A DNA stretch of 64,000 nt from a virus (IMGVR_UViG_3300021431_002946:1-64000), one strand, 5' to 3'. Shown: positions 11,209-21,812, counted from the stretch's first letter. Numbers and translations: made by a program. Notes: generated by a model not told the origin, from the letters alone.

Positions 11209-14200
11209 ATGACTAATTCAGTAAAACATACAAGAGTAGTGCGATCATTTGTGCTACTTTTTATCTGTATTATGTTACTTGTCTCTTCTTTTGCTTTTAC
11301 TGGTTGTGCTGCAAAAAATGATTTTAGTTCTACTATAAATACTAAATCAGTTGCAGCAAATAAAGGTACATATCCATATGATAGTAAAACAGCAACTATT
11401 AAACGTGTAGGTTTAGATATTGTATATGGTAATCAAAGAAGTTTAGTAGTTTATACAGGAGAAGTACCTTATAAAGAAACTACAGATGATAAAGGTAATA
11501 GAATAGATTTATTTAAAGGTAAATATGCAAATGAAGGTACATCTATTAGTAAATCATTTACTATTGATGGAAAAACATTATCTGTTGAAGAATATTGGGG
11601 AAAAGGTGTAAAGCCTGTAGTAAAAGATAATAAGATTACTTTAGCTGAACTTGAAAAAGTCAATAAAGATGGTATTAAGTCATTAAGATTATATGGATCA
11701 TCAATTGCAGTTAATGATACTTTATTATTTATAGGTAATGCTGCATATATGGCATTTTCTGCTATTGCTGGCTTTGCTTTAACTATATTAAGAATTATTA
11801 TTTCTGCAAAAAATTTAGATGCTTCATTAATATTAAAAGCGTTTAGATTACAAGAAGTAACTAAAGTAATGAATGAAACATTTATTTGGGAATCTAAAGA
11901 TGGATCTGGACATATTTCTGTATTTACTGCAATTTGTTTATTATTACTTATTACGACAATTGTAGGATTCGCAATTGGTTGCGCAAGAGGTAATAATACT
12001 GCAATTGGTATAAAAGATTTTGGTATTTGGGTATTAGTAGGTGCTTTAATTATTGGTATGGCATTAACTAATAGACTTTATACATTAGGTGGTATATTAT
12101 CTACAGCTGTTACTAAAATTACTTATACTGTTGCAGGTATGGCATCAAATAGTGATGCATTTACAACAAGTATATCAGATCCTCAACACGAAGGTGAAAT
12201 AGCTCAAATGCAAGAAATGAGTATAGTCAATAAAGCATATATTGATATTCAAATTTGTACTCAATTCAGAGCAAACGATATTGCAGATTTGTCAATGAGT
12301 AATTTAGGAGATGTTTCATATAATAAAGCAAATAAATATTTATATGGAATAAATGGTGTAGATCTAAAATCAGATTTTGATAATAATATTGGTTATTATT
12401 TCTGGTTTGCGGATTCAGGTGCAGAATCAAAAACTTCTAAAAATGCTACATTACCAAAAACAAATCCTGCATCTACAAGTAAGAAATTACGTTCTATGAT
12501 TACTTGGATGCAAACAGTATATAATGAAGCAAATGATACACAAAAAGAACAATTAAGAATTATGATGCAAGGATTTTCATCTCCAGATTCACTTAGTGGA
12601 TTTACAAGAATGTTCTTGTTATCTGCTATTGTAATATTATTATGTTTATGTTTATGGAGATATGCAAAAGATATATTACTTGCAAAAATTCAAATGATGG
12701 TTGCATTATTAGGTTTGGCTATTGCTGGACCATTAATGATAACTGGTAAAAAGAAATTAATTGATACTGGTAAAGATTTAATTGCTGTAATTTTTATCAG
12801 TTTTATTGAAATAACAATACATAGTTTAGTATTTGATGGAGTTTTATTCTTAGTCTCCACAATTTTAGGACCTGATTTCTTTAGATTAGTAGTAGCTTTG
12901 ATTTTATCATTGTTATTATTCAAATTTAATAAATTAGTAAATGAAAAGATACATGAATTTACAAAGAATGCAGAAGCATCTATGATGAGTTCTAATAGTA
13001 TGGTTGCTGGTGCAAAACGTAGATTTAATACTTGGGCAGGCGCTAAAACTACTAAAATTGCTATGGCAATTGATAGTAAAGTTCAAAATGCTAGAGACTT
13101 TGTATATGACGATGATGGTAATATACTTAGAGATAAAGATGGTAACGCTATTACTAAGAAGAGATTTGCAAATAATCCTCTTGGTGCAATGATACACGCA
13201 GCAGCAAATTCAACTAAATCATATGAAGAAACTAAGAATGATGGTTTATGGCAGTATGGTAAAGATGCTATTAAAGGTAAGCGTGAAGAAAAAGTTAATA
13301 TTGCAAATGCTAGATTAGATGAAGCAATAAAGAAAGTTAATGAAATTAATGAAACTATCAAAAATACTGCAGAACAAGAAACTAGTACAATTGCAGCTGA
13401 ACGTAAAAAGAAATTTTCTGAAATTAATAAAGAAGCACTTTATAATGAAGAAGAAAGAACAATGTCTCGTCAACGCGCTGGTTGCGAAGAAGAGAAGAAA
13501 AAGCTTGATGAAACACTTAAAGGTTATCAAAAGCAACTTAAAGATTTGGATGAAGATAAAAATAATGGCAGAATAAGTGAAGAAGATTATAAAGCTGTAG
13601 TAGATCAAATAAATGCAGAGCATTCTGAAGTTGCTGCAAAATGGGCTGCAACTGATGCACAATCTGAAAGTCTTAATAAAGCAATTCAAGAATCTTTACA
13701 AGCTAGAGCAGATAAGATGGTATTTGATGAACATAATATTGATGAAGCTATTCGTGAAATAATTTGCAAAGATGGACATAATATATCTGATGAAGTATTT
13801 AAGAAAAATCTTATAGACGGTCTTACATTAAATGCTCAAAATGCAAATCAAGCTCAATTATCTGGTGCTTTAAGTAAAGAAATTTTAGAAGCAGATCGTA
13901 ACGCAAGTATTATCTTAAATAAAGATGACAAAGTTAATGGTAAGAAAGGCGTTAATACAGCTGCAATGCAACAAGCAAATGCAGCTAGATTACAAAAAGC
14001 ACAAGTTGATGCTGGAGTACGAATGAGTAGTGATAAAGAAGCTGAACAATTAATGTTAGCTACTACTAATATAGTTGCAGAGCAAGAAGAATTCTCATTA
14101 AATCATAATGCTGGATATGCAGCAGCTACACAACAAATTAATGAAGCAAAAGGTATGGATAAAGGATTATTTGGATTCAAACGTACTAATGCAATAGTTA

Positions 14201-14745
14201 AAGGTAATGTACAAAAAGCTAAGAATCTTGGAAAAGCTGTAGCTGGTGAAACTGGAAATGCAGTTAAAACAACAATTAGTGGTGGAGTACATAATGTATC
14301 TGCAGCAGAAGTTAATGCTGTTGTTGGACAAACGTCTGCTGACTATATTGTTGCTCAGCAAATAGCAGGTAAAAATATACAAGATATTCATGGACCTTCT
14401 TTGAATGAAATCAGAGGTTCTGCAGCATTAGCAAGACAGAAACATGCAGCAACTAGAGCAAAAGAACGCGCAAAAACTGATAAACAAAAAGCAAAAGCGC
14501 AAGATAGAGCTACTAATGTTGAATCAAAACAAAATAAATATGTAGCAAACTTAAATAAAGCTGCACAGAAAACAACTAGACATAAACAACAAGCTGCAAA
14601 CATTAGTGGTTATCAGCAAGAACAAAAAGTTGGAAATGCAGCAGAGCAAGCTAGACAGTTTGAGGCAAATGAAAGAGCTGCAATGAATGCAGATAAAGCA
14701 AGGTCTGAACCTAACTTTAATGATCTAATTGATCCAAATAAATAA
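11209..14745 (+). CDS. Large polytopic membrane protein with a coiled-coil C-terminus, VirB6/TrbL/TcpH-like candidate
   Basis: Lipobox-like FTGC, many TM segments, long Ala/Gln/Lys-rich cytoplasmic tail; conjugation-like context. Confidence 0.55.
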   Translation: MTNSVKHTRVVRSFVLLFICIMLLVSSFAFTGCAAKNDFSSTINTKSVAANKGTYPYDSKTATIKRVGLDIVYGNQRSLVVYTGEVPYKETTDDKGNRIDLFKGKYANEGTSISKSFTIDGKTLSVEEYWGKGVKPVVKDNKITLAELEKVNKDGIKSLRLYGSSIAVNDTLLFIGNAAYMAFSAIAGFALTILRIIISAKNLDASLILKAFRLQEVTKVMNETFIWESKDGSGHISVFTAICLLLLITTIVGFAIGCARGNNTAIGIKDFGIWVLVGALIIGMALTNRLYTLGGILSTAVTKITYTVAGMASNSDAFTTSISDPQHEGEIAQMQEMSIVNKAYIDIQICTQFRANDIADLSMSNLGDVSYNKANKYLYGINGVDLKSDFDNNIGYYFWFADSGAESKTSKNATLPKTNPASTSKKLRSMITWMQTVYNEANDTQKEQLRIMMQGFSSPDSLSGFTRMFLLSAIVILLCLCLWRYAKDILLAKIQMMVALLGLAIAGPLMITGKKKLIDTGKDLIAVIFISFIEITIHSLVFDGVLFLVSTILGPDFFRLVVALILSLLLFKFNKLVNEKIHEFTKNAEASMMSSNSMVAGAKRRFNTWAGAKTTKIAMAIDSKVQNARDFVYDDDGNILRDKDGNAITKKRFANNPLGAMIHAAANSTKSYEETKNDGLWQYGKDAIKGKREEKVNIANARLDEAIKKVNEINETIKNTAEQETSTIAAERKKKFSEINKEALYNEEERTMSRQRAGCEEEKKKLDETLKGYQKQLKDLDEDKNNGRISEEDYKAVVDQINAEHSEVAAKWAATDAQSESLNKAIQESLQARADKMVFDEHNIDEAIREIICKDGHNISDEVFKKNLIDGLTLNAQNANQAQLSGALSKEILEADRNASIILNKDDKVNGKKGVNTAAMQQANAARLQKAQVDAGVRMSSDKEAEQLMLATTNIVAEQEEFSLNHNAGYAAATQQINEAKGMDKGLFGFKRTNAIVKGNVQKAKNLGKAVAGETGNAVKTTISGGVHNVSAAEVNAVVGQTSADYIVAQQIAGKNIQDIHGPSLNEIRGSAALARQKHAATRAKERAKTDKQKAKAQDRATNVESKQNKYVANLNKAAQKTTRHKQQAANISGYQQEQKVGNAAEQARQFEANERAAMNADKARSEPNFNDLIDPNK

Positions 14746-14787
14746 TTGAAAACTCAAAATGTTATATTTTGAAAGGAATTTAAAAAA

Positions 14788-15639
14788 ATGAAAAACATGA
14801 AAGGATTTATGGGAAAAACCCATGCACTTTTGAGCACATTGCTCTTTTTGGTCTGCACATTAATTCCTGTAGATTTTTTCAAAGAAACTATTGGAATAAT
14901 GCGAGATGAGACATTATTTTTTATAGTTGGACTTATTGTATTAGTTGGTGGTTCTTTGTTACCAGACTTAGATAATGGACAAAGTTCAGCAGGTGCTACC
15001 TTAGGTGCATTTGGTAGCATCTGTACCACTTTTATGCAAACTATAAGTTCTATTTGTTGGACATTTTTACATGGTAAAGGAGATAAAATGCCACCTTCAC
15101 AACATAGATATTTATGGCATACATTAATAATTGGTGGAGGTATATTTAGTCTATTTTACTTTGGAATGCCACAAGGAGAACAAACTTTATATGATACAAT
15201 TAAGAGATCAGATGATCTTGCATTAAGTGTTCAAGCAAATGCAATAGTTTTATTTTTTATTATTTTAATATTCATGGCAATATTAGTTGGTAGTAATATG
15301 GTTCTTTCAAAATTGATTTCTGTATTTAAATTACCAAAAATATTGAATTATATATTGCCTACTATAATGTTGGTATATTTATTTTTTATAGATATGTCAC
15401 ATTTAAGAATTTTAGGAATATGTTTAGGAATGGGATATATATTCCATCCAATAGAAGACTGCTTTGCAGATTCTGGTGTTCCTATCTTATGGCCATTACC
15501 AATAAAAAAGCAATTATGGAAAAGGATTAAATTTCCAATTACAATTACTACTGGAAGTTTACCAAATACAATATTAGATATAATATTGATCATAATTGAT
15601 GCTGTATTACTTGGTTTAATGGTTGTAAAAATAATATAA
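14788..15639 (+). CDS. YdjM-like (LexA-binding, inner-membrane) metal-dependent hydrolase
   Basis: MGKTH, GSLLPDLD, HRYLWHT, HPIEDCFADSGVPILWP motifs. Confidence 0.75.
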   Translation: MKNMKGFMGKTHALLSTLLFLVCTLIPVDFFKETIGIMRDETLFFIVGLIVLVGGSLLPDLDNGQSSAGATLGAFGSICTTFMQTISSICWTFLHGKGDKMPPSQHRYLWHTLIIGGGIFSLFYFGMPQGEQTLYDTIKRSDDLALSVQANAIVLFFIILIFMAILVGSNMVLSKLISVFKLPKILNYILPTIMLVYLFFIDMSHLRILGICLGMGYIFHPIEDCFADSGVPILWPLPIKKQLWKRIKFPITITTGSLPNTILDIILIIIDAVLLGLMVVKII

Positions 15640-15659
15640 TACTTTAGAGGAGGTAATTT

Positions 15660-17051
15660 ATGGGAAACATTAAGTTAACTAAAAATGACAGCTCTAAAGA
15701 TGCAGGTAAAACTATTGAAATTAAGAAAGACGTTAATACCTATTTAGATGAAAATGGTAAAGAAAAGCTAAGCGTACTACGTCCAGGTTCGGTAGTTGAA
15801 CCTGAATCTAACGCAAATAAAGAAGTAGAAAAATTAGAGCAAGATAATAAAAAAGAGAAAAAGGTAAAAGAACCTAAACCTGAAAAAGTTAAAGAGAAAA
15901 AACCTAAAAAGTCTCTTTTTAAGAAACAAAATCCATTAATTGTTGAATGGAATTATGAAGGCGATGCAGATATTACTTTAGGTGAAGAACATCAAAGTAA
16001 AGCGCCTAAACATTTATTATTTATCTTATTAGGTGCCCTGATTATCACAGGTGGTCTTGGTTTTTACTATAGATCATATCTATATGATTTTATAGCAAAT
16101 CCTAAGTTAATCCTAAAAGACAACGTGGTTAATCTGGAGGTATTCAGTGAATTTAAGCCTGAAGAATATGTAATAAATGATGCTACAATGAGGTATTTTA
16201 AGCGTCCAGAAGAAGTTGATTATACAACAGAAGACTTCCAATATGCATATAGATGGGAAGGTAATGTTGATATGAAAGTTGTAGGTCAATATAAAGTAAC
16301 TTATTATTCTTCAAATCTCGCAAAGATTAATGAAGCAGTTTTAACAGTTAATGTTGTTGATACTACACCTCCAGAAGTTGAAATGATTACTGGAGAAGAT
16401 AAAATGTATTCTTTAGAATATAATAAAGATGAAAAAATTTATAATAGAACAATTGTTAAAGGCGATTATGAATTTACACATTTTGATCCTAAAAATTATA
16501 TTGAGTCAATTTTAGATAATTATTCTCCTGTTGAAAGAATCAAAGTAGAATATCCTGAAAATGCGAATATAATTACAAGTCATAAAAATGAAATTATGTA
16601 TAGATTCATTGATGAGTCAGGTAATACTACAACCATTAAAACAAGAATTGTTGTTAATACACCTACTCCAACCCCAACTCCTACACCTACGCCAACTCCT
16701 TCACCAACTCCAAAACCAACATCTGCTCCAAGCAATAATGGTAAGAGCAGTTCTAGCAGTGGAACTTCTACAAAGAAAACTACCAAAAAGAAGACTACTT
16801 CTTCTACTACAAAGAAAACTTCAACAGGTGGTAAGAAAGTAATTGATTTTAGGTCATTTACTTATACTGGAAATTCAGTTTCTGGATTACTCCAAGAAGC
16901 TTCTAAGCATGTAACATTAAAGAATTGTGGTCATGCTACTTGTGTTGGTGGACCTGGTATTTCATATCAATATAAGAAAGGTACTCAATATCTTATTTGG
17001 AAAGTATCAGGAGAAAGTGGACAGTTTAAGCAAAAAGTAACTATTAAGTAG
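15660..17051 (+). CDS. Membrane-anchored protein with Ig-like (DUF5011-type) domains and a PT/K-rich linker
   Basis: TM segment; VDMKVVGQYKVTY...LTVNVVDTTPP; IDESGNTT; (TP)n linker. Confidence 0.6.
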   Translation: MGNIKLTKNDSSKDAGKTIEIKKDVNTYLDENGKEKLSVLRPGSVVEPESNANKEVEKLEQDNKKEKKVKEPKPEKVKEKKPKKSLFKKQNPLIVEWNYEGDADITLGEEHQSKAPKHLLFILLGALIITGGLGFYYRSYLYDFIANPKLILKDNVVNLEVFSEFKPEEYVINDATMRYFKRPEEVDYTTEDFQYAYRWEGNVDMKVVGQYKVTYYSSNLAKINEAVLTVNVVDTTPPEVEMITGEDKMYSLEYNKDEKIYNRTIVKGDYEFTHFDPKNYIESILDNYSPVERIKVEYPENANIITSHKNEIMYRFIDESGNTTTIKTRIVVNTPTPTPTPTPTPTPSPTPKPTSAPSNNGKSSSSSGTSTKKTTKKKTTSSTTKKTSTGGKKVIDFRSFTYTGNSVSGLLQEASKHVTLKNCGHATCVGGPGISYQYKKGTQYLIWKVSGESGQFKQKVTIK

Positions 17052-17062
17052 GAAGGTAAATT

Positions 17063-17458
17063 ATGAAAATACTAGATTTTGAAATAAAAGGTAATGTTAT
17101 CAAATTTTACCTTGGAGATTGTAATGATTGGTATGGTGATGATTGGGATAATCGTCCATATGAACATAATGCTGGAATTGTATATGAGCAATTTGTAAAA
17201 AATACTATACAATTTGCAGTGCCATTCGAATATAATGTATTAGAACCATGTTCAGATATGCTATATATGTATAACAGTCCATATAGTAAAGAAGATATGC
17301 AAAATAGAGAGTGTCCTTGTTTAATAATCTCTAAATCAGATTCATATTTGAAGGAACTTACTAATAGAAAATCCACAAAAATATATTTTGGTGATAACAT
17401 TGATCTAACTATTAAGAAGTTAGATAAAATAAATGCAGTAAAGTTAGGAGAACGTTAA
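17063..17458 (+). CDS. Hypothetical protein (phage/plasmid-type, GDDWDNRPYEHNAG motif)
   Basis: ORF with RBS. Confidence 0.65.
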   Translation: MKILDFEIKGNVIKFYLGDCNDWYGDDWDNRPYEHNAGIVYEQFVKNTIQFAVPFEYNVLEPCSDMLYMYNSPYSKEDMQNRECPCLIISKSDSYLKELTNRKSTKIYFGDNIDLTIKKLDKINAVKLGER

Positions 17459-17460
17459 TT

Positions 17461-17652
17461 ATGACAATACAAGAAGAGAAGGAATCAATTTTTGATGAGA
17501 ATTTTAATTGTTTGACTACTGATGCGAATAAAGTTATCCATTTTTGTGATAGATTGAAAAAGATCACTGGCATACATACTTGTAATCATTTAGGTATGAC
17601 GTATGAGTATTTGCCAATTGTATATCGTAGTGCTTTACAAGAACAAAAGTAA
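17461..17652 (+). CDS. Small hypothetical protein
   Basis: ORF with upstream AGGAG. Confidence 0.55.
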   Translation: MTIQEEKESIFDENFNCLTTDANKVIHFCDRLKKITGIHTCNHLGMTYEYLPIVYRSALQEQK

Positions 17653-17716
17653 AAATTAAAGCAGGAAGATAATACAAGTTATTATCTTCTTGTTATTTAT
17701 AAGAAGGAAGGAAATT

Positions 17717-18040
17717 ATGATAGTACCAAAAACTCAAAAAGTAAAAATTAAAGCAAGTTCTAATAGTATGCTTGGATATATACCTATATATGATCCAGAT
17801 ATATCTAAACTTGCAAATGAATTGTATGAAAAAGATCTTTATGATTTAAATTATTTTGATAATTATAAAATGATAGCGTCTAAAGATATAGATACATTAA
17901 ATAAAAAAGAAATACAAACATATATAACATATATACTTAGAGGAGAAAGATTTTGTGATGGCCATATGATTAAGTTTATTGAAAATGGTACATTAGAAAA
18001 ATTAACAACAAGATGGAATGAATTAGATAAAGGAGAATAA
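17717..18040 (+). CDS. DUF6508-like protein
   Basis: ITYILRGERFCDGHMIKFIENG motif; likely ATG start at 17717. Confidence 0.6.
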   Translation: MIVPKTQKVKIKASSNSMLGYIPIYDPDISKLANELYEKDLYDLNYFDNYKMIASKDIDTLNKKEIQTYITYILRGERFCDGHMIKFIENGTLEKLTTRWNELDKGE

Positions 18041-18042
18041 AT

Positions 18043-18282
18043 ATGGAAGAAGAACCTAAAAAATCATTTTTATTCATATATTTAGGTTCTATTTTAGGTT
18101 TAATCTTTTTTATAGTATTAGCCATAACAACAATTTTAGGTATTATACAAATTTCATTATTTAGATTTATAATTATATTTTTTATATTTAATTTAGTATT
18201 ACTTGCATTATATACAGTTTTAAGTTTTATAATAGCACTTATATTTAAAATTATAGAATTAATTAGTTCTCTACTGAAGTAG
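18043..18282 (+). CDS. Small membrane protein
   Basis: Two or three hydrophobic helices; its stop codon lies inside a CRISPR-like repeat. Confidence 0.55.
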   Translation: MEEEPKKSFLFIYLGSILGLIFFIVLAITTILGIIQISLFRFIIIFFIFNLVLLALYTVLSFIIALIFKIIELISSLLK

Positions 18283-18351
18283 AGGTTTTTCTTACATCAA
18301 TTCAGACATTGATCCATGAGATGTATATTTCCAAATATTTGGAAGTTAAAT
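18264..18351 (+). CRISPR. CRISPR mini-array, 2 degenerate type I-E-like repeats and 1 spacer (32 nt)
   Basis: TAGTT-CTCTAC-TGAA-GTAGAG-GTTTTTC (18264-18291) and TATAT-TTCCAA-ATAT-TTGGAA-GTTAAAT (18324-18351); 6-bp stems kept by compensatory changes. Confidence 0.6.
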
Positions 18352-18363
18352 TTATGAAAGGAT

Positions 18364-18927
18364 GTGTTTAATATGCAGAATTTAATTGGAAAATCTGTAT
18401 TTAATAATCATTGGCGAGATAATATAATTTCATCAAATCCAGATTGTATAATAGATGACGAAATATTAAATATTTGTGGTTATGTTACAGATTGCAAAGA
18501 AATTGATTCTAATGTAATTTTATCAATTAAAACTATTGCAGTTGGAAATATAAATAAAAATAATTTAGATATATGGAAAGATTATTTTGGAGTTGATAAT
18601 AAAACTGCTGATAATTTATTAAAATATTTGAATAAATATAAAATTAAAAATTTTGATTATAATGCGAGTCAACTTTTAGATGTTACAATTAAAAAAGATA
18701 ATTTAGATAATGAATTTATATATTTTGATCAAGATATATTAGAAAATGCTACTTGGAAACCTTGTACATCTTCTATTCATAAAATAACATTAGATAAATG
18801 TTATGTATTACCTAAATCAATTGTAAATAAATTTAATAAATTGATTAAATTTGAAATCACAGATTTAATAGATTTATTAGATTTTTATATAGATTCAAGA
18901 TTAGATCAATTTGAAGAATTATTTTAA
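18364..18927 (+). CDS. Hypothetical protein
   Basis: ORF with AAGGA RBS. Confidence 0.55.
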   Translation: MFNMQNLIGKSVFNNHWRDNIISSNPDCIIDDEILNICGYVTDCKEIDSNVILSIKTIAVGNINKNNLDIWKDYFGVDNKTADNLLKYLNKYKIKNFDYNASQLLDVTIKKDNLDNEFIYFDQDILENATWKPCTSSIHKITLDKCYVLPKSIVNKFNKLIKFEITDLIDLLDFYIDSRLDQFEELF

Positions 18928-19045
18928 TTAGTTAATAAAAGTTAGTATTTACAAAAAGGTGCGTCTCAATAGATAAACAGTTTAATTTTGCCTGAAACAA
19001 CTGTAAATATTGCTTTTAAGTAATATAAATAAGGAGATTACAATA

Positions 19046-20269
19046 ATGAAAAATAAAATAATTTTAACTATTTTAAGTAGTTTATTGTGTTTTTCCATAT
19101 TAACAGGATGTGGAAAGGCTAAATCTGCAGCAGTAGAAATAAGAGACCATAATGAACCAGTAATGCAAGAATATGCTGGAGATACTGAAGATAATTTTGG
19201 TTATAAAAATACTTATAAAGCTGCTAACAGTAGTACAAGCAAAGCAATAACTAATCCAGAAGAACAAAATACAGAAACAGGAAATAATGATGATAAACTA
19301 ACTGTTGATCCAACTAAAAGTAGATTACTTATTAGAACTGTAACAATGATGGTTGAAACTAAAGATTTAGATAAGGTTAAAACTGATCTTGAAATTATTA
19401 TTGGAGCAAATAATGGTTATATTGAAAGTTCTAATTTAACTGGTACTGGAAAAAATAAGAACCTTAGAACACTTACTTATACAATCAGAGTACCTGCAAA
19501 TCAGTTAGATGCTATTATTACTGCAGTTGGAAATAATTGCAATATTCTTTCTTCTAGTGAAAAATCAACTGATGTTACTTTAGAATATGTTGATACTAAA
19601 GCAAGAGTTGAATCATTAAGAGTTGAATATGAACAATTAATGAATTTATTAAAGAAATCTGAAGATCTTAATAATATTATCATGCTTCAAAATAGATTAA
19701 CTGAAGTAAGGTATCAGATTGAAAGTTATGAATCAAGACTCAGAGTTCTTGAAAATCAAGTAACTTATGCAACATTACATCTTACAATTAGAGAAGTTCT
19801 TGAAGAAACTGCAGTTGAACCTGCTCATGTACCAACTTTTGGAGAAAAGATAATAAAGCAGTTTGAAAATACTTGGAAAAATACAAAGAAATTTTTCCAA
19901 GGATTAGTATTAGTTTTAATTGCTTTCTTGCCAGGTATAATTTTCTTAGGCATTAACGCAATTATTGTTGTTATTATTATAAAATCAATCAAGAAAAAGA
20001 GAAGAAAGAAGACTAATACTGCAAAAATTAATGAAAAAATAATACCTTCAATTTCTTTTGATGATGTTATTCACACAGATGGTATAGTTCCAGTTGATAT
20101 GTCTGAACCTAAAAAAGAAGAAAAGAAAGAAGAACTTGTAAAATTTGCAGGTGATGTAGCAATGAATATAGATGAAAAACCAAAAGATATAAAAGTTGCT
20201 AATATAAAACCTGTTACAGATTATAAAGAACCAAATTATAAAGATTGTAATAAAGATAAAGAAGAATAA
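19046..20269 (+). CDS. DUF4349-family lipoprotein
   Basis: Lipobox ILTGC; LLIRTVTM.VET, GYIESS, TIRVPA, DVTLEYVD, RYQIESYE, VTYATLHL; C-terminal TM; likely start at 19046. Confidence 0.8.
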   Translation: MKNKIILTILSSLLCFSILTGCGKAKSAAVEIRDHNEPVMQEYAGDTEDNFGYKNTYKAANSSTSKAITNPEEQNTETGNNDDKLTVDPTKSRLLIRTVTMMVETKDLDKVKTDLEIIIGANNGYIESSNLTGTGKNKNLRTLTYTIRVPANQLDAIITAVGNNCNILSSSEKSTDVTLEYVDTKARVESLRVEYEQLMNLLKKSEDLNNIIMLQNRLTEVRYQIESYESRLRVLENQVTYATLHLTIREVLEETAVEPAHVPTFGEKIIKQFENTWKNTKKFFQGLVLVLIAFLPGIIFLGINAIIVVIIIKSIKKKRRKKTNTAKINEKIIPSISFDDVIHTDGIVPVDMSEPKKEEKKEELVKFAGDVAMNIDEKPKDIKVANIKPVTDYKEPNYKDCNKDKEE

Positions 20270-20274
20270 AATAT

Positions 20275-20470
20275 TATGTCTCCATGTAAATGGAGGTTAT
20301 TTCTTCTATTCCAAATAACAGCAATTTCTCTATACTAATAGGGGTTTTTCTGGGATTATGGATGACATAGTCAAAGACGCCCTTATCTCCGTGTATACGG
20401 AGGTTATTCTATTGGTCAGAATAAAATCAATGAATTATTAAAGTTTTCTCCATATATATGGAGATTATTT
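20275..20470 (+). CRISPR. CRISPR mini-array, 4 type I-E-like repeats, spacers of 20, 31 and 33 nt
   Basis: Repeats at 20275, 20323, 20382 (CTTAT-CTCCGT-GTAT-ACGGAG-GTTATTC) and 20443. Confidence 0.75.
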
Positions 20471-20530
20471 AGGAAGGAACTTTTGAAAATTGGTTCTTTA
20501 GATGAAATAAGATAAAATAAAGGAGAGCAT

Positions 20531-20881
20531 ATGGAAAATTTAAAACAATCTGGTAAATATTCTGCTATAATTACTTGTAATATTCAATATGATAGTGATA
20601 GAACAGATGATAGAGGTGATGAGAATTTTTATTATTTTTATGATCTAATCAATAAATATATTAAAGACATAAAAGGTTTTGATAATTATACAATGCAAGT
20701 CTGTATTAGAAAATATAAACGTGGTGATATTAGTAGAATTAAATTTGAAATTCATAATAATAGACCAATATCTTTAAAAAGATTTATTAAAGAAATAAAA
20801 GAAATTTCTGATTATGGTCCAATTGAACTTTATGATAGTGAAAATAATGAATATGTAGATATTGAAACTTTAGGTATATAA
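20531..20881 (+). CDS. Hypothetical protein
   Basis: ORF with AAGGAG RBS. Confidence 0.6.
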   Translation: MENLKQSGKYSAIITCNIQYDSDRTDDRGDENFYYFYDLINKYIKDIKGFDNYTMQVCIRKYKRGDISRIKFEIHNNRPISLKRFIKEIKEISDYGPIELYDSENNEYVDIETLGI

Positions 20882-20918
20882 GTATAAATAATTAAATTTA
20901 AGGGAGAGTGGAAATTAA

Positions 20919-21812
20919 ATGAATAAATTAAAAACTTGCCTTATAGCTAGTTTAAGTAGTATATTACTTTTAACTAGTTGTAATGGATTTTTTGTGGTTA
21001 CTCCAGAAGATTTACAAGAAACTACAACTCAACCAGTTGTAACTACTAGACAATTTGTAGAAACTAAACCTACAATTTATTCTAATTTTACTAGTATAAA
21101 AACATCTATTGGAGCTTTAGAATTAAATTTAGAAAATCCAGTATTAAATAAGCAAGAAGTCACTTTTGACTTAGATGTAAAAGATATGGATCAATTTTTT
21201 ATTGACGATATAGAAATAATAATAGAAAATCCAGATATTATTTCTGTAGAGTTTAAAGAATTAAATGCAACTTATCTTTATTTTACAGTTAAAGGTAAAA
21301 TAAAAGGAAATACATCATTTTATTTAAAATCTAAAGATGGAGCTGTAATATCTAATAGTATTAAAATTAATGTTATTGGTGAATATTTAATGCCAGAGGA
21401 TCCAACTCCTACTCCTAAGCCTACTCCTAAATCTAAGAAAAAGAAGACTACTAAAAAGAAAGTAATTCCAACTCCTACTGAAACTAAAGAATTTACTTTA
21501 GATGATTTTAAAACTTTAGTAGAAAAATCTATTAATACAAAAACTAGACAATGTGAAGTTAATATAGAAAGTAATATAATTGTAATAAATATAGTAAATG
21601 ATAAAGCTTTAGATAATATTGTTAAACTTAAAAATGAAGAACAAGATTATTCTAATGAGTGGAATGCTTATAAAATTTCTATTCAAAAGCTTTCATCAAA
21701 TATATTTATAAGTGCAAAGAGTTATTTTAAAGAAAATACTCCTACAATACAAATTAAAGTTAATGATAAATTAACTGTTAAAAATGGTATTATTTTAGAA
21801 GATAATATGTGA
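20919..21812 (+). CDS. Lipoprotein with an Ig-like domain and a PT/K-rich linker
   Basis: Lipobox LLTSC; PTPTPKPTPKSKKKKTTKKK linker. Confidence 0.65.
   Translation: MNKLKTCLIASLSSILLLTSCNGFFVVTPEDLQETTTQPVVTTRQFVETKPTIYSNFTSIKTSIGALELNLENPVLNKQEVTFDLDVKDMDQFFIDDIEIIIENPDIISVEFKELNATYLYFTVKGKIKGNTSFYLKSKDGAVISNSIKINVIGEYLMPEDPTPTPKPTPKSKKKKTTKKKVIPTPTETKEFTLDDFKTLVEKSINTKTRQCEVNIESNIIVINIVNDKALDNIVKLKNEEQDYSNEWNAYKISIQKLSSNIFISAKSYFKENTPTIQIKVNDKLTVKNGIILEDNM

Noticed and set aside
2135-17400. Many short antisense or off-frame ORFs inside large genes
   Set aside because: They fully overlap well-supported long CDSs and lack RBSs; expected shadows in AT-rich DNA.
18945-19020. GC-richer structured leader upstream of the DUF4349 lipoprotein (possible riboswitch)
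   Set aside because: I cannot match it to any riboswitch consensus by eye; an Infernal/Rfam scan is needed.
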